A stretch of DNA of 62,983 bases, the filler included, from Craspedostauros australis (taxonomy: Eukaryota), in NCBI GenBank assembly GCA_030167865.1. It is 18 parts of 18 records of this genome, joined end to end, with 100 filler letters (N's around TTAATTAATTAA, not from the genome) between each part and the next. Parts side by side here need not be neighbours in the genome. Positions count along the whole stretch, not along the records: positions 53,439 to 56,763 come from JALAGF010000646.1; positions 56,864 to 58,061 come from JALAGF010000647.1; positions 58,162 to 59,616 come from JALAGF010000648.1; positions 59,717 to 61,669 come from JALAGF010000649.1; positions 61,770 to 62,983 come from JALAGF010000650.1; 13 more parts are not named here. One strand, written 5' to 3'. Positions 55,491 to 62,983 of this stretch are shown in pieces. How positions within the stretch are numbered: the first letter of the stretch is position 1; every line of letters starts with the position of its first letter. The position numbers and the translations under genes were made by a program. The notes under the pieces are model-generated. The model did not search any database. It was not told the origin of the DNA and saw nothing but the letters and a program-made list of their open reading frames with translations.

Positions 55491-56291
55491 TGATGATGGC
55501 GATGGCAATGGTGACCACTCCAACGGCGCCGCATCCCTTCACATTGATACCATCCACACAAACACCAACACAAACAATCAGACAAGATGATGAGGCATCA
55601 ACATCCAAGAGGAACTGTGGGAAGGCTCGCCAGTTTCTCCGCACCTTCACCCACCCGTTGTGCGACTATGAGAATGGAACCTACCATGAGTATGATCTAC
55701 TCTGGGAGTTGCCACAGCCAAACGGGCAGCCTGATACTCTGTCCGAACCTTTGTGCGGGCACGAGGTCATGACGATCGAAGTTGCTGGAAGAGGACGATG
55801 TCAGACCACCAGGTCTGTGTGCTGCCGTGGAAAGCACGCCTGCACACATCTGCACCCATGTACACACATCGTCAGCATCCCATACTCGTAAAACTGGCAG
55901 AACACAACAGTCTCAAACTCGATATCGTGCAGTGGAGCGACAGACATTGAGGATCGCAACATCCTGTGTGTGTGAGCATCAAGGTTGCGAAGTTGCTGAA
56001 ACAAGTTCTGCCAATGACGTACAACACCGCATTTCGCAGCATCTATTGCATCGACCAACCGCAACAACAGGTCCGGCGCGAATGAAGCTGGCTCCACTAA
56101 ATCCCTTCATGCATCAACACCCAACTGCCACAGACGAAGCTGATGCCAGCACCTATGACAGGGTGGGAATCCAGTGGTTGAATGAAGAAGAACCCGATGT
56201 AGTAAGTGGGCCAAAGGTGTCTCGAGGTATATATAATAGTAGTGTACGACCACGTATACAAGTACGAGTGCTCTCCAGAGAGCAGAATCTA

Positions 56292-56763
56292 TCATAGTAT
56301 CCTGCACTGCGAATGAATCGATGAATCACCCCCAATTTGAAAGATCCAGGTCTTGACGGCGCCCGCAGTCTCCATTGCATTCGATACCTCCTGTGCCTTG
56401 TCTGCGGAACACCAAGCAACGCCACATCCACCACCACCGGAACCCACGATCTTGAAACCCCACGCTCCCGTATGCAGGGCTGCGGTGCGCATATCCTCAA
56501 TGCGAGGCGTCGACAACTGCAATCCATCCCGCAACGCACAATGATGCACGTCCATCAGCTTGGCGAGTTGCCGACCGCTGCCGGTTGCGTTGGACATCCA
56601 CAGTTTCGCGGCTTCCGCTTCCACATCACGATTCGTGCGCGTCACCTGCAACAACGTGCGTTCGGTATCGTCCAGATCCGCATCCTGCGTATCCCAATCA
56701 CCATTCAGCTTGGTCGCGTACAGTTCCAACCGATCGTACTTGCAGCGTTTGAGATGCCGCATC
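56292..56763 (-). CDS. GHMP kinase (galactokinase-like) C-terminal part
   Basis: LAKLMDVHHCALRDGLQLSTPRIE…GAWGFKIVGSGGGGC; 5' end cut by linker. Confidence 0.85.
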
Positions 56764-57042
56764 NNNNNNNNNNNNNNNNNNNNNNNNNNNNNNNNNNNNN
56801 NNNNNNNTTAATTAATTAANNNNNNNNNNNNNNNNNNNNNNNNNNNNNNNNNNNNNNNNNNNNGGCCGTCAGCGAACCAGAGCATCATTTTTCAGTCTCG
56901 CTCATCCTCGCTCATCATGCCGTGCGCACTGACCCAGCAGGGGTTTGCGATTGGTGGTGCTCTGTGCTTCGGTTGATAGTGCTGGGTACACATTGTCCGA
57001 GAGCTCTCAGCCTCCATTGGAGCCAGCACATTGTCACTTGTC

Positions 57043-58061
57043 TTACACGCGAGGAGAATCCTCTTCATCCTCTTCCTTTCCTTCGGGATCCTCCATGCCC
57101 TTGTTGGAGATACCGTCGCCTTCCGAACCCTCATCGCCGTCCTTGACTGCTACTCCAGCCGCGGCGGCAGCTCGGAGATCGGTCTGAGAGAATCGATGGG
57201 AGAATTGACGGGACAAGCGTTCCGCCATCAAAGCGCGGTCATTGCTGGCGGCGTCGTACTCGTCATGGCACTGCATGCGAAGAAAGAGTGAACGGCAACA
57301 GCACACATGTCATCGAGAGCATTGAGAGCATCGCAGAATGCGTTGGCAGGTGCAAGTGGCAACAGGCAAAGCAAAAACAGGAATCAGGGGGGTTGGCTCG
57401 TGAGAAAGATGGTGTTCCAGATCATCCACGATGAACATGACGAACTCGAACTTTATGTGGAAACACAGCGTTGCATGACCCCGCCATGCCTCGCCGTACC
57501 GTCCAAACACAAGGCAACACAAGACAATTCAGCAGACCATCGAACGACCTCAACTTCAGCCCGGTCTGATTTTGCCAGATCACACACACCACAGCAAAGC
57601 ACAGCACAGCACGGCACAACACACCGAAACGCATCATATCGAACTCACCTGACCCATGAAGGCACAAAACTCCAAAAAGTCAACATATCCATTTCCGTCC
57701 GCATCCATGACCGCCCACAACGCCTCGAAGTCGTTGCGGTTCATCTCCACGACCTTGCCAGAGCTCAAGAACTCCCACATGCCCTCCTTCGTGATGTTGC
57801 CCACAGCGCTGGCACGACGGTTGCCCTTGTCGGCTGCTGTGGATTGAGCATCGATCTTCTGGAACTCCCGAGCCAGCGCGGCGGCATCCATGCGCTTGGC
57901 TGGGAGGCTGATGCTCATGGTCTGTGCGACGCGCGCAGCGAACACAGCGCGGTATCTCTTTGCCTGCTGCTTGTTGTAGATGATGACTGCAGCAGCGACC
58001 ACGATGAGGAAGAGAAGGACGCCACCGATGGTGAAGCCGGCGATGACGCCTGCCTTGACGG
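57043..58061 (-). CDS. Membrane protein with EF-hand (partial); exons 58061-57649 and 57270-57043
   Basis: TM helix, canonical EF loop DADGNGYVDFLE and a phase-0 GTGAGT…GCAG intron. Confidence 0.75.
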
Positions 58062-58161
58062 NNNNNNNNNNNNNNNNNNNNNNNNNNNNNNNNNNNNNNN
58101 NNNNNTTAATTAATTAANNNNNNNNNNNNNNNNNNNNNNNNNNNNNNNNNNNNNNNNNNNN

Positions 58162-58416
58162 GATGTCTCCAAATCGCAGGGCTTTCAAGATGATCGCCAT
58201 CCCTTCCATCGCCGTCGCCATCACCTGTTGCCTTGTCACCATTGCCATCCCTGCTGTCAAAGTGCACAAGTATCTACTGAAGACGTATTTGCCCGTTGTT
58301 GTGTGCCCTGATTGGAGCTCTTGTTCTTTATTGTGAGTTGTCCGAAGACAATCCCCCAACCAGTATTTTGACGAATATGATTAGTAGAGAGGTAAAAGGT
58401 ACAGAGAAAGCTGTCA
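58162..58416 (-). mobile_element. 3' LTR (partial) of a degenerate Copia element
   Basis: On the minus strand a polypurine tract AAGGGGAA is followed directly by TGACAG, just after RNase H. Confidence 0.65.
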
Positions 58417-59616
58417 TTCCCCTTGATCTCAAGGTGGACCCCCGTAGAACAGGGTTGTGGCAAGAAGTGTTAGTGTTGGCCTCACCAATGCCTTGGTGAG
58501 CATGTCAGCGAAGTTCTGAGCCGATGGGACATGGACTGGAACCAGTGTCCCAACTCCCACAGCCTCACGGACTCAGTGAAATGATATTGCCATGTGCTTC
58601 TTTTGCAATGGGCTGTCTGCGATCGTCGTTATCGAGATCGCCACATTATTGTCGCAGAATGTGACCGTTGGTGATTGGACGTGGACTCTCAGCAATCAGA
58701 GTGCGTATCGGAGTGCAATGATTTCTTCTGTCACTGATCCCATTGCGTTGAATTCTGCTCCGTATGTAGACGTTGTGACTGATGTCTGCCGCTTGCTCGA
58801 GAAGTACACAGGCGTCCTGCCGAGGAAAAGGATGATCCCAGTGTTTGATCGGCATGTGACAAAATCGTGCGCATGGTCAGCATCGACGAATGCATACATC
58901 GGCAGCTCTGGATAGATTGGCTTCGGTGATCAGTCATCGACGTCCTCCTGTGCCTCAGGGTATTCTTCCTTCATTTGCACCACCAATTCTGGGTTGGACA
59001 GCGTCAAGTTGAAGTTGTTGAATATCATGGGTCTGGAGTCGATTTGTGTTCGGAGTGTGGACTTGCTCTTGAGATAGCCCCAGATCTTGAGTGCTCTTGC
59101 TAGATGTCCTTTCCAAGGTGATGCAGTGAATTGAGAGAGTGAAGAAGTTGCAAAGGCGACGTTGAAACGTCCAAGTTGAACAACCCAGTTCAGCATGCCG
59201 ATGAGCTGCTGGAACTGTTGGTGTTCATTTGGTGTGAGTAGTTCGGAGTCATCCGTTTCCGGATGGTCCTTGTTCCACATGGACACATGCTGGTCATGGA
59301 GTGTTGCATGCTGCTTCTTGACTTTATCCATCGCGTTTGCGATGTATTTGTCACATCCAATGCTCCATTTGTCTTTCGCATTCCTGGAATTGTCGTTGCC
59401 CAGATAGTATTTGGGTGGTCCAATGTCTTTGATGGTGTAGACTTGCTGGATGGCCTTCATGTATTGGTCTGGTTCATTTGCCACAATCTTGAAGTCATTG
59501 ACATGCATGCATATGTAGTCATACCCAGTGTCGTCCCTCCACTTGATCCACACGTCCTGGTCATGCCGTGATGGAGAGAACCCCATGGATGAGAGTGTAT
59601 TTGCGAAGTGAGCATG
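58417..59616 (-). pseudogene. Degenerate Copia RT-RNase H (same lineage as 6301) with stops
   Basis: YICMHVNDF, GPPKYYLG, GRFNVAFA, FVDADHAHD, SKRQTSVTTSTYGAEF, ISFH*VREAV, FADMLTK. Confidence 0.92.
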
Positions 59617-60208
59617 NNNNNNNNNNNNNNNNNNNNNNNNNNNNNNNNNNNNNNNNNNNNTTAATTAATTAANNNNNNNNNNNNNNNNNNNNNNNNNNNN
59701 NNNNNNNNNNNNNNNNCGAACTGGAAGTGCTCTGGTGATAGTATTTTCGTTCTCGGGATGTGATCCTGTGCCTCTTTTGCCCCCATCGTTGATGCAACAG
59801 TTCCAGTGGCGAGGCTGGCCCTGCATTTACTCGTCCACAAGTACCACTGGTGTCAATGCAGGGTCAGCAGGACAGCACACAACTGTCGCTCTCGGACCGC
59901 GTTGGGCGTACCGACGTGTATGCGAAGGGGTGCACGGCGAAGTGGAAAGAAGATGTCACTATCTCTTCTCTGGGGACATGAGGCAGGAGGCGGGTGTGCT
60001 ATACTGGCAGCGAAGCCGACGGCAACCAGGGTGCGTCATAATACGAATATCACAGAGGTAACCACATTCGTGCTGGCATGGTACGTATGGCAACCGTGTA
60101 TGCAATATTCGGCCCTTGTATTTCTTGTGATGATCTCGCAAGGAAGAAATCAACAACAACAATTCGGCACAGAAGGTTCAAGCGAGGAGGTACAGAGACA
60201 TTCGCCAA

Positions 60209-60292
60209 TGTCCCAACTGTCCACAAGAGCGCCCCAGTTCCCGCACGCGGCCATAAATTCTTGATGGCTGTGGTCTGGTGTTGTCCCAACTC
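60209..60292 (+). mobile_element. Candidate right terminus of the GAGTTGGGACA repeat family
   Basis: TGTCCCAACTC at 60282-60292 is the reverse complement of the start shared by 9072 and 12975; a second TGTCCCAACT lies at 60209. Confidence 0.4.
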
Positions 60293-62556
60293 ACAACGTA
60301 CCATGTACGTACTCTCGCAGTGGTGTCGCGTGATCCACGATCAGGCATCTCTCCCCGCAGGCCCACGCTATGGTTTGCCGCTCCAATCATCCAACTCCTA
60401 CAGTTCCACTGACACATTTGAAAAGTTGAGTATAATAGGAGCCCCTCGAGCGAGTCGACCAACTGTTTGAAATGAAGAGTCCAGTCGTTTTTCTGGGATT
60501 TTAAAACTAATTACATATACATAATCCTCGTAGCCTATTTACACATGGTGGACCCTTTCAGCTTGTACTTGGTTTCATTTTAAGTTTTATGGAGTGATCT
60601 ATGTGTGCATTGAAGTCGCGTTGATCCAACAGCAGCAAATTCGTTAGTTTCGGCCGAAGGTTCGATAATGTTCTCATGCATTTATCGTGAGGTGATCAGT
60701 CACGGACCTGCTTCCGAAGGTGCCGGTCGTTTGGTACGCGTTAATTACACGTTAGCATGTGCCACATGATTCCACATTCTCTCCCTTTCGAAGTACCAGC
60801 AGAGGATTATGACCCACTTGAGTGACGGGACCTGCAGTCGGTCCTGAGGGGGTGGGAAGATACGGGGATTTCGACCCAGACACCCACATATTCATAAACT
60901 AGAAACAAATATAAGAATCATAGTGGACGCCGATTTTGGTTTAATGTCTTAATTTAATTTTTATGGACACCTCAATTTTGCCCTCATCTAGACACGACTA
61001 GCGCACTACGGCCAGATTCGGTGTCTTGGTGCCTTGATTCGTGTCGCCAAAAGACAAATTATCGATGTCAATTGCAGGGCTAATTTATTGTTTTAGTCCC
61101 TCCATTGCGGCTCTGACACGTTCCAACAATTGTGTCCTCACATGTTGTTCCACCAAGTCAGGAGATTCCGTATTTTCCTTCATTGTGTGTGTCTCGCACG
61201 CAATTCGCTCCGATGCTTCGTTTTCTTCTTGTTGCAGCGCGATTTCCTCCTCATCTGCTGTTGTGTGTTGTGCAGGCACGATCTCTGTGTGGGTGCTGTC
61301 CGCGTTCGTCGGTGGTGGGGTGTTCGTTGTGTTCGTTGTGTTTGTCGCGTTTTTTGTTTATCGTGATTTCCGGGGTACTAGTGTTCGCGGCCTTCGGTTT
61401 CGTGCGTTGGTAGGACGCGGACATGTACTGCTTCACTCGCATTGGGTTCACGTGTACCCGTGCATACCAGTCAGTCTTCATTTCGGTCGTCTCCATGCAC
61501 CGCCTGTATGCCTCGTACTCTGTTGGTCTGTTCTTCGGGTCCGCGCATGCCACTCTGCAAACCTCTTCCAGCACGTTCACAAGGCAGGGGCGAATGGGCT
61601 CGTTTCGTCGTACAGCTTTTGCAGCCCAGCCAGGTTCAGCCAATCGCGGGTGTTCTGTTGTTGCTGTGGNNNNNNNNNNNNNNNNNNNNNNNNNNNNNNN
61701 NNNNNNNNNNNNNTTAATTAATTAANNNNNNNNNNNNNNNNNNNNNNNNNNNNNNNNNNNNNNNNNNNNTAGGAAAAAGCCGTAGAAATTTAACACGGAG
61801 GCTTTATAATGGATCTGACAGATCCTTTATGGCTGGTCCATTAAGGGATAGCATGATATGTAGCATGGAGGGAACACATCGTGCAACATCAAAAAAAGAA
61901 CAGATGATGTGTTGTGACACTCATGGCCAAAATGTGACGCTCTTCGGGAGCAGTCAAAGCGAACGTGTCTAAATTAGATACCCTAGAGATGGCGCGAACG
62001 CTAAATGACTCCAAGTAATCCAAGCAGTATTCTGTCACGCAACAGTCCTGTGCAGTTTCCGTCACTCGAGAGTCAATGTCGTATGTGACACGTCGTCTGG
62101 GGGCCTCTGAGTGGAAATCGAAACAATGCGAAACCTCTCTATTGCATCAATGGTTGGGGGAATGTCACTGTGACCGCCACGGCACTATCACCTGCGGAAG
62201 CGGAGTTGTCTGCGTAAACAGGTGGCAACAACACATGCGAACGGACCATCTTGTGCGACTGAGGACTGCAAAGAACACAAAAGTGATTGCGACGGAACCA
62301 GCCCGCTGTCGTGTTCATCGCTGTGTCTCGTGAGATGACTGCGCTTCACCAGAATACTATTAATCGTGTCTAGAGTACAGCATTGTTGGAGAGAGGAGTG
62401 TTGCTCGTGGTCGTTCGCAGTCGTACTGCAAATGTAGTTGCCTGGTGATTCATCTGTTGGTAATCAATGTTGCTCGTGTGGTGTCGTGGATGATAGATCT
62501 TGCGCGCATCCCCCTTTCTGGTATTGGTTTGATAGCGCCCAGTTCGTTGACACGTG

Positions 62557-62983
62557 TGTTGGAAATCCGGGGTTATAGTAGTAGACTAATCTGTTATCAG
62601 TCTGTACCGTTTTAGAACTGTGAGCACAACATGCTCATCTCNNNNNNNNNNNNNNNNNNNNNNNNNNNNNNNNNNNNNNNNNNNNNNNNNNNNNNNNNNN
62701 NNNNNNNNNNNNNNNNNNNNNNNNNNNNNNNNNNNNNNNNNNNNNNNNNNNNNNNNNNNNNNGCTGAGGATTGGAGAGCACCTACATTCGTCAAGTTCAT
62801 ACTCGTAGACCTGTAGGTACCTCTCCTTCGGTCTCCTGTCACCTCACTGGTCCCACTTCATTTCAGTTCCTCCCTCCGGTCATCTCGATGGTTGCCTTAG
62901 GATGCTTGGAACTTATTGTCATCTGGATCGTGGTCTTGGGTGAATAGGGATCGCCTCTGTTTCGCTTTCTCACATTAGGTTCT
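62557..62983 (-). mobile_element. Copia LTR related to the 4771 LTR (solo or 3' LTR), runs off the window
   Basis: TGTTGGAAATCCGGGGTTAT…CTGTACCGTTTTAGAACTGTGAGCACAA is shared with 4771-4851; the left flank differs. Confidence 0.75.

Noticed and set aside
61085..61669. Minus-strand ORF pieces that could be a transposon protein C-terminus
   Set aside because: Frameshifted, cut by a linker, and no recognisable family motif.

Overview
This is a eukaryotic window, most consistent with a diatom or other stramenopile (GT-AG introns, CoDi-type Copia elements, an Ambal-like LINE). It is not contiguous DNA: 18 contigs are joined by 17 artificial 100-nt linkers (N44-TTAATTAATTAA-N44), so adjacency across a linker means nothing. 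The short contigs are mostly transposon material: three Copia RT/RNase H segments, several LTRs, a Harbinger-like transposase relic and a candidate TIR family. An 8.3-kb contig holds an intact-looking non-LTR retrotransposon (962-aa ORF1; ORF2 with APE, RT, RNase H and CCHC). The 25-kb contig 28399-53338 is gene-rich: a 2OG-Fe(II) oxygenase-like gene, a membrane protein, cyclophilin, kinesin-13, MCM7, a TIPIN/Swi3-like gene, a NYN nuclease, an ankyrin gene followed by an RNase H relic, and a senescence-domain gene. Most notable: (1) two near-identical, 5'-complete LINE insertions sit head-to-head just upstream of host genes beside a shared ATCCATC motif and carry a self-complementary 127-nt leader; (2) an ankyrin/LINE-RNase H chimera candidate; (3) an E2F-site cluster between divergent MCM7 and TIPIN; (4) a shared non-canonical primer-site motif behind two Copia LTRs; (5) a clear CpG-deamination footprint in old TE copies. 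All calls come from motif recognition by eye; no database searches were run.
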